Source: Candidatus Omnitrophota bacterium (GTDB lineage Bacteria; Omnitrophota; Omnitrophia; Omnitrophales; Aquincolibacteriaceae). From it: 64,000 nucleotides of DNA. The notes beneath the pieces are model-generated. The model saw only the letters and a program-made list of their open reading frames with translations. It did no database searches and was not told where the DNA came from. Below are positions 19,260 through 28,276 of this stretch, in pieces. Location: the NCBI GenBank assembly GCA_035352955.1, contig DAOPYQ010000010.1:3145-67144 (forward strand). Direction: 5' to 3'. Made by a program: the position numbers and the translations under genes. Every line of letters begins with the position of its first letter. Position 1 is the stretch's first letter.

Positions 19260-20153
19260 TTAATTAAGTTTGAAATTCTCAATGATCCGCGTGATAAGAG
19301 GGTGGGGGATTTTCCGTTCCCGGTTGATCAGATAGATGGTGTCATGGATCTTGAATTTTGATTTATCTTTCAATATGGTGAGATATTTTCTTTCCGGGGA
19401 ATTCAGGACGGCATAGGAATTAAGAAGCCCGATGCCTTTTCCCATCGCTACAAATATCCTGCCCAGCTCCAAGTCCTGAATTTCGGCGATGACCTTCGGT
19501 TTTATTTTGTTGGTGTGAATATAATTTTGCATCGCATGATAAGTTTGATCCGGTGCGGTCGGCAAAATCAAAGGGGCTCCGTTCAGATCCTTGGGAATGT
19601 TTTTGAATTTATGCGCCAGTTCTTTGCTGACGCAAAACACCATCGGAATCGTTCCCACTAAATGATTTTGGATCCCTTGCTCATGGGGTGTTTCGTAGGG
19701 GAAATCATTGATAACAAGGTCGAGCTTATGAACCATAAGATCTTCGATCATGTTGTCGATCTTATCCTGACGCAAAATCAGATTTGCCGTTGGTTTGCAT
19801 TGGTAAATAAACTGCACAAGCGCCTCGACGATCGCTTTAGGGACCGCGCTTGAAGCGCCAAGTTGGATCCTGAGATCTTCGGTGTGTTTGCGGTTGATGA
19901 CGGTGTCCGCTAGTTCTTGCCCCAGATCAAAAATCGCCTTCGCATAATTAAAAACCATCAAGCCGTCTTCGGTTAAAGTGAGGTTGCCCGGATCTCGGTT
20001 GAAAAGCTGATGGTCCCAATAGTTTTCCAGCTGTCTGAGTTGCGCGCTTAATGCGGGCTGAGAAACGCGAAGAGCTCTGGCCGCTTTCGAAAAGGAGCGC
20101 TCCTTGGCGACAACGTAAAAATAATAGAGATGGTGATAATTGAATGGAATCAT
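19260..20153 (-). CDS. LysR-family transcriptional regulator.
   Basis: N-terminal HTH YHHLYYFYVVAKERSFSKAARALRVSQPALSAQLRQLE. It is divergent from the downstream gene. Confidence 0.9.
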   Translation of the reverse strand: MIPFNYHHLYYFYVVAKERSFSKAARALRVSQPALSAQLRQLENYWDHQLFNRDPGNLTLTEDGLMVFNYAKAIFDLGQELADTVINRKHTEDLRIQLGASSAVPKAIVEALVQFIYQCKPTANLILRQDKIDNMIEDLMVHKLDLVINDFPYETPHEQGIQNHLVGTIPMVFCVSKELAHKFKNIPKDLNGAPLILPTAPDQTYHAMQNYIHTNKIKPKVIAEIQDLELGRIFVAMGKGIGLLNSYAVLNSPERKYLTILKDKSKFKIHDTIYLINRERKIPHPLITRIIENFKLN

Positions 20154-20170
20154 AATATAAATTTATAAGA

Positions 20171-20767
20171 ATGATAAATATTATATATTTTTATTATGAT
20201 CATGTCTATGGCATGCTCCTCCTAGAAATAGAAATCTTCAAGGAGCGGAGGCGAGGCATGTTGAAAGCGTTAGATGAGAGATTGAAGCGTCTCTCTAAAG
20301 ATCCCGGCGATGATTTTCATCATCAAATCCGTGGCAGGATTGGGAAAAAAGCCACGCATCTTTTTGAACAACGGTTAAAAAATCTGATTTGTCTCATGCC
20401 GCAGCTTTTGTCGCGGGGTCTGGCTTATTGCAATCGGGGGGAGGTCCCCACCGAAATTAAAAAGTCGATCGGATTTACGCTGACCTATCTCTACCACCCG
20501 AAAGATTTTCTTCTGGAAGATAATGAAAAGCTGTTCGGCTATTTGGATGATGCTTATTGCATGGCGCTTGTTTATGAAAAAGTTCTGAAAACTCTCCAAA
20601 AGGCGCGCGTCAAATTAACTTCGGCTGATGAGGATTTCTTAAGGCGATTCTCGTTGACGAAAAGGAGTATCAAGGCGGTTATTCCGGAGGAGGGGAAGGC
20701 TATATCGGAAATGGTCGTCGGTATGTTTAAAGGAAATTACAGTTCATTTCATGCCGTTTTTCAGTGA
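20171..20767 (+). CDS. Hypothetical protein, possibly DUF1232 (YkvA-like) family. The true start is probably the ATG at about 20249 (MLKALDERLK).
   Basis: Motif LTYLYHPKDFLLEDNEKLFGYLDDAYCMALV resembles the DUF1232 core. It is divergently arranged with the LysR gene. Confidence 0.4.
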   Translation: MINIIYFYYDHVYGMLLLEIEIFKERRRGMLKALDERLKRLSKDPGDDFHHQIRGRIGKKATHLFEQRLKNLICLMPQLLSRGLAYCNRGEVPTEIKKSIGFTLTYLYHPKDFLLEDNEKLFGYLDDAYCMALVYEKVLKTLQKARVKLTSADEDFLRRFSLTKRSIKAVIPEEGKAISEMVVGMFKGNYSSFHAVFQ

Positions 20768-21618
20768 ACGTTAATTTTTATCAAATCAAAGGAGCTGTTG
20801 TGGATATTGAAAAAATTCTGACCGAGATTCAAAAGAACATTGCAATTTATGGGCTGGATATTCTGGCAGCCCTGGTTATTTTTGTTGTCGGGAAATGGCT
20901 GGCGAGCCGGTTGTCCATTATTTTCGAAAAAATACTTTTGCGCGCCAAGATCGATGAAACGCTCGCGAAATTTTCTAAGCATCTTAGTTATGTGGGTTTA
21001 TTAGTCTTCGTCAGCATCACGGCGTTGGCCAAACTGGGAATTCAAACGGCTTCCTTTGTGGCCGTCCTGGGCGCTGCCGGATTTGCGGTCGGTATGGCCC
21101 TTCAAGGTTCCCTGTCAAATTTTGCGGCCGGAATTTTAATTTTAATTTTCCGGCCTTTTAAGGTCGGCGATACGGTCATTCTTGCGGGCGTTACGGGAAA
21201 AGTTCAGGAAATCCAAATATTTAATACCATTTTGTGTTCCGGGGACAATATCCAATACGTTATTCCGAACAGCCACGCTACGGGTGGATGTATCACGAAT
21301 ATGACGGCTCATAATAAACGGCGCATTGATATGGTGATAGGAGTTTCTTATTCAGATGATCTAAATAAGACCAAGCAAGTTTTGCGTTCCGTTCTTGATG
21401 CTGATCCCGACGTGCTTCAAGATCCAGCGCCCGTTGTTGCCGTAGGCGAACTTGCCGAAAGTAGTATTAATTTTTATGTTCGCCCATGGGTCGAAAATAA
21501 CGAGTATTGGAATGTGCGTTTTCGTTTAACGGAAAAAATCAAAGAAGCGTTTGATGCGAATAGTATCACGATTCCTTTTCCTCAACGAGAGGTGCGCATA
21601 AAAAACGGCACAACGTAG
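20764..21618 (+). CDS. MscS-family small-conductance mechanosensitive channel.
   Basis: GILILIFRPFKVGDTVILAGVTGKVQEIQIFNTIL is the MscS beta-domain signature. Three N-terminal TM helices. Confidence 0.85.
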   Translation: MNVNFYQIKGAVVDIEKILTEIQKNIAIYGLDILAALVIFVVGKWLASRLSIIFEKILLRAKIDETLAKFSKHLSYVGLLVFVSITALAKLGIQTASFVAVLGAAGFAVGMALQGSLSNFAAGILILIFRPFKVGDTVILAGVTGKVQEIQIFNTILCSGDNIQYVIPNSHATGGCITNMTAHNKRRIDMVIGVSYSDDLNKTKQVLRSVLDADPDVLQDPAPVVAVGELAESSINFYVRPWVENNEYWNVRFRLTEKIKEAFDANSITIPFPQREVRIKNGTT

Positions 21619-21669
21619 AAAGTTAATGGCGTTCGATTTGTGAAAATACAATAAGCCCGGAGGTGCTTT

Positions 21670-22086
21670 GTGGAAGAAAGAAAGATATTTGTTACCACCC
21701 ATGATGCGGAACGGCTTCGGCAACTGATTCGCGGGATGACAAATCCCGGGGATCACGAGCGGATTTATCTGAGAATGCTTGCGGAAGAGCTTCTTCGGGC
21801 GGAAATCGTGGATCCTTTGAAAATCCCAAGGGATGTCGTGACGATGAATTCGCTCGTTAAATTCAGGGATATGGATACCCGTGAGATCTGCATGTACAGC
21901 ATCGTTTATCCGGCAAACGCAGATTTCGAACACGGAAGAATTTCTGTGTTAGCTCCGATCGGCATGGCCTTATTGGGCTATCGCGTTGGCGATCTCGTGG
22001 AGTGGCCGGTTCCCGCAGGAATGAGGCGGCTCAAAGTCGAAGAGGTGTTGTATCAACCGGAGGCTGCGGGGCAGTACGAGCTCTGA
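21670..22086 (+). CDS. GreA/GreB C-terminal-domain protein, Rnk-like (regulator of nucleoside diphosphate kinase).
   Basis: ISVLAPIGMALLGYRVGDLVEWPVPAGMRRLKVEEVLYQPEAAG matches the GreA FKBP-like C-terminal domain (SPIGRALLGK.VGD). Confidence 0.7.
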   Translation: MEERKIFVTTHDAERLRQLIRGMTNPGDHERIYLRMLAEELLRAEIVDPLKIPRDVVTMNSLVKFRDMDTREICMYSIVYPANADFEHGRISVLAPIGMALLGYRVGDLVEWPVPAGMRRLKVEEVLYQPEAAGQYEL

Positions 22087-22138
22087 GCGAGTTTATCATT
22101 GGTAAAAGAGGTTTTTAGATAAACAAAGGAGGGTGATC

Positions 22139-23590
22139 ATGATGCAATTCAACCAAAAGGTGCTCTGCATCGGTTTCGGCTCTGTGGGGCGATGCACTTT
22201 ACCCGTACTTTTGGAACACATCCGCATCCCGTATAAAAATATTACAGTTCTTGATTTCGCTGATAAACGCAAGGAGCTTGCACTTTGGATCAAAAAAGGC
22301 GTCCGCTATGCCCAGGAAAGGATCAGTCCGGTCAACGTTGCAAGGACTCTTTCCAAGTACGTTTCGTCAGGGGGGATGATCATTGATCTGTCATGGAACA
22401 TCGATTCGCTCGATATGCTTAGCTGGTGCCATGACAACAAGGTCTTTTACATCAACACCTCGGTTGAGGAATGGGATCCCTATGCTAATATCGAGAGAAA
22501 AACGCCTTTTGAAAAATCGCTTTATTTCAAGCAAATGAAGATCCGGGAAATGACCGCCAAGTGGGCTGACGGTCATACCACGGCCGTTCTGGATCACGGC
22601 GCGAATCCGGGGCTTATTTCCCATTTTACGAAACAAGGTCTCTTGGATATTGCTGAAAAATCGGTTCATGACAAAACGACTCTCAAAAAAGACCGAAAAA
22701 TTCTCGAACACTTGATCCGGGGAGAGGATTTTGCTGCTTTAGCGATGAAGCTTGGCGTTAAAACGATCCATGTAAGCGAACGCGATACGCAGATTACCGA
22801 TCAGCCTAAAGAGGTCGACGAATTTGTCGGCACATGGTCGATCGAGGGGTTGCGTGAAGAAGGTGTTGCTCCCTCTGAAATGGGATGGGGCACCCATGAA
22901 AAAGAACTTCCTCCTTTTGCCGCGGTGCCGGAATTTGGCCCGAAGAATCAGATCTTCTTATCCCAAATGGGTATGAACACATGGATCCGGTCTTGGGTCC
23001 CGAATTATGAGATCGTCGGGATGGCGATCCGTCACGCGGAAGCGTTTTCGATTTCTGAAAAACTTACCGTTTGGCGGAATTCGAAGGCGGTTTATCGTCC
23101 GACAGTCCATTACGTCTATATGCCCTGCAATGAAACGCTCTCTTCGCTGCATGAGCTCCGGTGCCGCAACTACGAACTTCAACCGCGCTGCCGCATCATG
23201 TCGGATGAGATCATCCGGGGGAAGGATATCCTTGGGGCCCTTCTCATGGGACACAAATATACCTCTTGGTGGACGGGAAGCGTTCTGGATATCGAGGAAG
23301 CTCGAAAACTCGTGCCTCACCAGAATGCGACTACGATCCAGGTCGCGATCGGTGTGGTTGCGGCGGCGATGTGGATGATCAAAAATCCACAGAATGGGGT
23401 TTGCCTTCCGGATGATCTTCCCCACAAGGAAGTTCTTTCCGTTGCGAAGCCATACCTTGGCCAATTCGTTTCAGAGCCCTATAGCTGGACGCCTTTCAAA
23501 AATTACCAGGTGTTTTTTCCGGAAAATCCAAATTCGAACTTAGACAAAAAAAATCCGTGGAGCTTTCGGAATTTTCTTTTTAAGGATTGA
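22139..23590 (+). CDS. Homospermidine-synthase-like NAD-dependent enzyme (saccharopine-dehydrogenase fold).
   Basis: N-terminal Rossmann motif LCIGFGSVGRCTLPVLLEH. Length about 480 aa. AGGAGGG RBS 5 nt upstream of ATG 22139. The family assignment is from memory of bacterial HSS sequences. Confidence 0.5.
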   Translation: MMQFNQKVLCIGFGSVGRCTLPVLLEHIRIPYKNITVLDFADKRKELALWIKKGVRYAQERISPVNVARTLSKYVSSGGMIIDLSWNIDSLDMLSWCHDNKVFYINTSVEEWDPYANIERKTPFEKSLYFKQMKIREMTAKWADGHTTAVLDHGANPGLISHFTKQGLLDIAEKSVHDKTTLKKDRKILEHLIRGEDFAALAMKLGVKTIHVSERDTQITDQPKEVDEFVGTWSIEGLREEGVAPSEMGWGTHEKELPPFAAVPEFGPKNQIFLSQMGMNTWIRSWVPNYEIVGMAIRHAEAFSISEKLTVWRNSKAVYRPTVHYVYMPCNETLSSLHELRCRNYELQPRCRIMSDEIIRGKDILGALLMGHKYTSWWTGSVLDIEEARKLVPHQNATTIQVAIGVVAAAMWMIKNPQNGVCLPDDLPHKEVLSVAKPYLGQFVSEPYSWTPFKNYQVFFPENPNSNLDKKNPWSFRNFLFKD

Positions 23591-23594
23591 ATAT

Positions 23595-24062
23595 ATGAGA
23601 CACAAAAAAGAAAAAAAGAACGTCGAACCGGAAAATGTCACGGTTGAGGCAAATCCCAAAAAAAAGATATCAAAAAACGACCTCGATCGTTTGACGGAGG
23701 CGATTAGAATCGCCCGTGAAATCGGCGGGGGAAGGGATATCGTTTTAGGAAGGCTTAGAAAGGTTCTCCGAGATTCGGAGATTATGCCGGCTCAGAAAAT
23801 ACCTAAAAGTATCGTGACCATGAATTCGGCGGGAAAGATCTTGTGGCTAGACACACAGGAGGTTCGATTGTTCTGGCTCGGTTTTCCCGAAGCTATTAAT
23901 CACGACGGGAACAAAGTGTCGATTTTTTCGTCGTTGGGGATCGCGTTGTTGGGTGCCCGTGTGGGCGAGGACACCGCCCAGGAAGTCCCCACAGGACATC
24001 GATTGTTCAAGGTCATGAAGCTGCTGTATCAGCCGGAAGCGAAAAAAGATTTCCATCTTTGA
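23595..24062 (+). CDS. Second GreA/Rnk-like C-terminal-domain protein, a paralog of the gene at 21670..22086.
   Basis: SIFSSLGIALLGARVGEDTAQEVPTGHRLFKVMKLLYQPEA aligns with the first copy and with the GreA C-terminal domain. Confidence 0.65.
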   Translation: MRHKKEKKNVEPENVTVEANPKKKISKNDLDRLTEAIRIAREIGGGRDIVLGRLRKVLRDSEIMPAQKIPKSIVTMNSAGKILWLDTQEVRLFWLGFPEAINHDGNKVSIFSSLGIALLGARVGEDTAQEVPTGHRLFKVMKLLYQPEAKKDFHL

Positions 24063-24200
24063 GCCACCCTTAAAGTCGGAAGTTTTAACCGCCGGTGAAA
24101 TCTATTTTCTTTGTCTCCTCGGCTTAAGGGATCCTGACGGACACGGTTCCTTTTTAATTCGCCAAAGCTTATAATAACGAAAAAATGGAAGAGGGTATTT

Positions 24201-24755
24201 GTGACCGAATATAAAAAAATGATCGCGGGACAACTCTATAACGGAAACGATCCCGAATTGGTGCGCCTAAGGCGGAAAGCGAGAGCCCTTCTCGATCGGA
24301 TCAATGCCACGGTTCAAGACGTTAGGGAGGGGGAACGTCTGGCCTTGTGCCGGCGTCTTTTTGGAAAAACCGGGAAAGGACTGTGGCTGCAACCGCCCTT
24401 TTTTTGTGATTACGGTATCAACATTCAACTCGGGGACAATGTTTATTTCAATTTTAACTGTGTTCTTCTTGATGTCGCTAAAATAATGATCGGCTCTAAT
24501 GTGTTAATGGGGCCCAACGTCCAGATTTATACCGCCGGTCACCCGCTTAATTTTAAACAGAGACAACAAGGTCTCGAGTTTGGAAAACCTGTTAGGGTGG
24601 GCAATGACGTTTGGATCGGCGGCGGCGCGATCATATGCCCGGGGGTGAACATAGGGGAGAAAAGCGTGATCGCGGCCGGAGCGGTTGTCACCAAAGATGT
24701 ACCCCAGGGGTGCCTCGTGGGCGGAACTCCAGCGAAGATTATCAAAAAGCTATAA
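24201..24755 (+). CDS. Hexapeptide-repeat sugar O-acetyltransferase (maltose/galactoside O-acetyltransferase family).
   Basis: N-terminus MTEYKKMIAGQLYNGNDPELVRLRRKARALLDRINAT. Left-handed beta-helix repeats GDNVYFNFNCVLLDV...IGSNVLMGPNVQIY...VGNDVWIGGGAIICPGVNIGEKSVIAAGAVV. Confidence 0.85.
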   Translation: MTEYKKMIAGQLYNGNDPELVRLRRKARALLDRINATVQDVREGERLALCRRLFGKTGKGLWLQPPFFCDYGINIQLGDNVYFNFNCVLLDVAKIMIGSNVLMGPNVQIYTAGHPLNFKQRQQGLEFGKPVRVGNDVWIGGGAIICPGVNIGEKSVIAAGAVVTKDVPQGCLVGGTPAKIIKKL

Positions 24756-24758
24756 AGG

Positions 24759-24941
24759 ATGAGAATTCGAGAGGGGGGCATGATCAAAAAAATTCTTGTA
24801 GAGCTTGATAAAACGCCCGCTTCGGATTCGGTTATCAAATGCGCCGTTGAATTAGCCAAAACTCACAACGCGGAGCTTGCGGGCGTTACCCTGGTTGATT
24901 TAAGAAGTCGGGGATGCGGGTGTGATACTTCCGGGCGGTGA
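24759..24941 (+). pseudogene. Truncated universal-stress-protein (UspA) N-terminal fragment.
   Basis: IKKILVELDKTPASDSVIKCAVELAKTHNAELAGVTLVDL is a Usp N-terminus. The ORF stops after 60 aa, about 40% of a Usp domain. Confidence 0.4.
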
Positions 24942-25140
24942 TGCCCTTTGGGTGCTCGTTCATGCCGGTGATCTTTCGACGCCTCAGTGGATATCAGGCA
25001 GCTTAAAAACGATGAAAAAAAGAAAGCGGCGAATAATAGTTTTTTAAAATGTCATTATGCGTAAATTATGAACGACAAGATTTAATACTGGTTTTGTAAT
25101 GCTGTAACATGAACAATGCTCCGTTGTGTCGAAGACGTAT

Positions 25141-25440
25141 CGGAGTATTATCCGTAAGTATCCTAAAATATCCCTCCAAGAAGAGCGCTGATCGATTCGG
25201 GAAGCAAAACGCGGAGGCAAGGTGCAAGCCGAGGAGCTTGTCCTGCGGCACATCGGCTTCGTGATCTTCCGGATCCATAGGGGTGCTTTCCCGGTCTATG
25301 CCCGTCGTTTCGGGGAAGACATCCTGTCTCAGACGATCGTTGTTTTGTTTGAGTGTGTCCTGGCCTATAACCTTCGCTACTGTGACGAGCAGGGCATTTC
25401 AAGCCCGTCCGTTTTATGGGAACTGACATTTCATATCTAA
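25141..25440 (+). pseudogene. Decayed copy of the sigma-region-2-like gene (intact copy at 62326..62763). It carries a CGA->TGA nonsense change and a divergent, truncated C-terminus.
   Basis: About 80% nucleotide identity to 62340-62590. It encodes (I)RKYPKISLQEER*SIREAKRGGKVQAEELVLRHIGFVIFRIHRGAFPVYARRFGEDILSQ. Confidence 0.6.
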
Positions 25441-25675
25441 TCCATCAAGGGGTGTTGCGGAAAATTGTCACTCAAGAAAAAGGTCAGAACAGACGCTTTT
25501 CTATAACGTAAGTGAAGTTCCCCAGCAAGGGTATGATTGTTCCGGAATCGCGAGTTTGTGTGATAGCATCATGGCGCTGTTAGTCAGAGCGACACGTTCA
25601 ATGGTGTCTATAAATTTGGCGATTTCATCAACGATTAGAAAATCTGATCCAATCTCTTAAATCAAGGAGCACTAT

Positions 25676-26179
25676 ATGAAATCCATGTGGCTCGGTATTA
25701 TGTTGTTGGGGATTGTTTGTGTGCCGGCGCGGTTGGCGAACGCCGACGATCCGATTGTTTATCCGAAGAACGGCCAGAGCCCGGTTCAACAGGGGCAGGA
25801 CGCGAACGAGTGCCGGACTTGGGCGAAACGGGAGACCGGTGTAGATCCCGCGTATCTTCAGGGCGAACTTTCGGCAATGCAGTCACAACAGGGCGAATCT
25901 CCCCAAAAGAGACCCATTGCGCGCGGTGCGTTGCGGGGTGTTACGACGGGAGCGGCTTTGGGCGGTATCAGTGAGAATACGGATCCGGGCGCCGGACGGG
26001 GTGCCGCGATGGGCGTGACCGCGGGCGCGATGCGCGGCGTGGGACAGAGGATGGAAATGGCCCGCGAAGCGAAAACCCAGGAAGCTCAGAAACAAGTTCA
26101 GACTGTGCAGGCCCAATACGCCAGGTTCAACCGCGCCTTTTCGGCCTGTATGGACGGAAAAGGCTACAGCGTCAGCTAA
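25676..26179 (+). CDS. Secreted glycine-zipper protein (hypothetical).
   Basis: Signal peptide MKSMWLGIMLLGIVCVPARLANA. Gly-zipper GVTTGAALGGISENTDPGAGRGAAMGVTAGAMRGVG. Confidence 0.6.
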   Translation: MKSMWLGIMLLGIVCVPARLANADDPIVYPKNGQSPVQQGQDANECRTWAKRETGVDPAYLQGELSAMQSQQGESPQKRPIARGALRGVTTGAALGGISENTDPGAGRGAAMGVTAGAMRGVGQRMEMAREAKTQEAQKQVQTVQAQYARFNRAFSACMDGKGYSVS

Positions 26180-26207
26180 AACGACAAAGGAGGAAAGGGC
26201 AAGGGTC

Positions 26208-26957
26208 ATGAAAAGCGACTTGATCAAAACGAACTCCGGAATTTTAAACATGGTTTGCCTGCTGCTTGCCGTTACGACGGTTCCGTTCTTCGCCGTGGCG
26301 GGAGAGCCCAAATCGAGCGGATTCATGGACCAAAAGAACATGACGCTGCGCGGGGATCTCCCGTTTGAGATGTCCTGGATCAAGCCCGGCGTGAATTGGA
26401 AAAAATATCAAAAGGTCGTGATCGCTCCCGTGGACACGAGGCATCTGATGACCTCGAATTTCTGGCAGGAGTTCGGGAGGACCGGGGAGATCGAAAAGGA
26501 CATCGCCAAACTCGCGAAATACACCCGTGCGTCCTTCGAGCGGGCGTTCTTTGAGGATCCCCAAAAGCATTTCCGGGTGACTTTCAGCTCGCAACCCGAC
26601 CCCGGTGTGCTTCGGGTGGAGATGGCTCTTACGGAACTGACACCGAACAAGGTTCTTTTGAAGGCGGCCGGTTTTGTGCCGCTTTATGGATTGGCGGCCA
26701 CGGCTTTGAACCAGACCAATCCGAGCCGTGTTGCGATCGAGATCCGTTTGAAGGACGGCCGTACGGGCGAGATCGTTGCCAAATTTGCGGACAAGAAGAA
26801 CGAGCCGTTCACGCTCGTGAACGTCGATCAGTTGACCTGGTATGGGTTTGCCGAAAAACGGGTCGACGAATGGTCCGGAAAACTGGTGGAGACGCTGAAC
26901 CGGCGGCCGGGACAAGTGGTGGAGAAGTCTTCGAATTTCGACCTCAGCCCGGTATGA
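26208..26957 (+). CDS. Hypothetical exported protein. The start is possibly the ATG at 26250.
   Basis: N-terminal signal MVCLLLAVTTVPFFAVAG. Coding-like composition. No family recognised. Confidence 0.5.
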   Translation: MKSDLIKTNSGILNMVCLLLAVTTVPFFAVAGEPKSSGFMDQKNMTLRGDLPFEMSWIKPGVNWKKYQKVVIAPVDTRHLMTSNFWQEFGRTGEIEKDIAKLAKYTRASFERAFFEDPQKHFRVTFSSQPDPGVLRVEMALTELTPNKVLLKAAGFVPLYGLAATALNQTNPSRVAIEIRLKDGRTGEIVAKFADKKNEPFTLVNVDQLTWYGFAEKRVDEWSGKLVETLNRRPGQVVEKSSNFDLSPV

Positions 26958-27147
26958 TCCCCGGCGCGTTGTTTTGTTCTTGTCGCTTCAAATAGTCCTG
27001 TTTTTATTTTAGGAATGGAAGCGGTTTTTTCTCTTTGAATTTAAAGCACTTATGCATAGTATGGGAAAGTCCGGTGGGTTTTATATACGGGTTCATAGCT
27101 ACAGGCAATGATCAAATCTTTAAATCTCAACTATTAGGGAGTCTCCT

Positions 27148-28212
27148 ATGCCCGAAACTGTCTCCAAGAAAAAGTCTTTAAACCTGAAGTGGATCATTGT
27201 CCTGGCGGTGGTCCTGGCAGCGGCGTTCTTTGGTTATCAGTACTGGCAGGCGATGAAAACAGCGTTGCCGAAAGGGATCGCTTCGGGGAACGGCCGGATC
27301 GAGGCCAAGCTGGTGGACGCGGTGGCCAAGGATGCGTTGAGGGTCAAAGAGATCCTTGTGGATGAAGGTGACCTCGTCCAGCCGGGTCAGGTGCTGGTAC
27401 GTCTGGATACCGCGACGTTCGATTCCCAACTGAACGAAGCCAAGTTGAGAGTGACGGCCTTGCAGGAGAAGGTGGCAAGCGCCAACTTTGCCGTCGTCAG
27501 GCAAAAGAGCCTGCTCGAAAACGCCCAGCTTGAGTTTGACCGTACCCGGAAACTCGTCGATCAGAATGCCCTTTCTCAACAGGAGTTTGACGCGCGGAAC
27601 ACGTCATTGCAGACAAACACAGCGGCCCTTGCGGAGGCGGATGCGGCCCTGCGGACCGCCAAGCAGGAGGTTGAAGTCGCGCAGGCCAATGTGGCGACGA
27701 TTCAGACGCATATCGATGACGCAACGCTCAAGTCTCCCGTTACCGGAAGGGTGCTTTATCGTTTGGCAGAACCCGGTGAAATGCTCGCTGCCGGAGGGAA
27801 AGCGTTGACGGTTGTGAATCTCGAAGACGTTTACATGGAGATCTACCTTCCTTCCGAGCAGGCCGCGGGCCTAAAAGTCGGTGCCGAAGCGAGGTTGACC
27901 GTTGATTATGCTCCGGGACGTGCGGCTGCCGGCTATGTCACCTTCGTTTCTCCAGAAGCTCAGTTCACCCCCAAGCAGGTCGAGACGAAAAGCGAACGTG
28001 ACAAGTTGATGTTCCGCGTCAAGATCCAGGCGCCTCAGGAATTGGTGTCCGGGTACATCGAGCGTGTCAAGACAGGCGTTCGCGGCGTCGGGTATGTGAA
28101 GGTCAAAGAATCTGCCGTCTGGCCCAACTGGCTGCAGAATCTCGTCCAGCCCGCCGCTAAAAAACAGACTTCCGAACCGGTCAATCCCGCGCCTGCCGTG
28201 AAGGCCAATTAA
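27148..28212 (+). CDS. HlyD-family membrane-fusion protein (YhiI/YbhG-like adaptor for ABC-type efflux).
   Basis: N-terminal TM anchor, long coiled coils, and C-terminal beta-domain PKQVETKSERDKLMFRVKIQ. Confidence 0.8.
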   Translation: MPETVSKKKSLNLKWIIVLAVVLAAAFFGYQYWQAMKTALPKGIASGNGRIEAKLVDAVAKDALRVKEILVDEGDLVQPGQVLVRLDTATFDSQLNEAKLRVTALQEKVASANFAVVRQKSLLENAQLEFDRTRKLVDQNALSQQEFDARNTSLQTNTAALAEADAALRTAKQEVEVAQANVATIQTHIDDATLKSPVTGRVLYRLAEPGEMLAAGGKALTVVNLEDVYMEIYLPSEQAAGLKVGAEARLTVDYAPGRAAAGYVTFVSPEAQFTPKQVETKSERDKLMFRVKIQAPQELVSGYIERVKTGVRGVGYVKVKESAVWPNWLQNLVQPAAKKQTSEPVNPAPAVKAN

Positions 28213-28276
28213 AAGAGCGTGAAACGGGTGCGGTGACCTGAGTTTTAGTCACGGCATCATGTCGGAGATTTAAACC

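Noticed and set aside
24304-24486. Small ORFs overlapping the acetyltransferase gene (24304..24486 +, 24539..24859 -, 24611..24808 +).
   Set aside because: They overlap a clear hexapeptide-repeat CDS and no independent evidence supports them.
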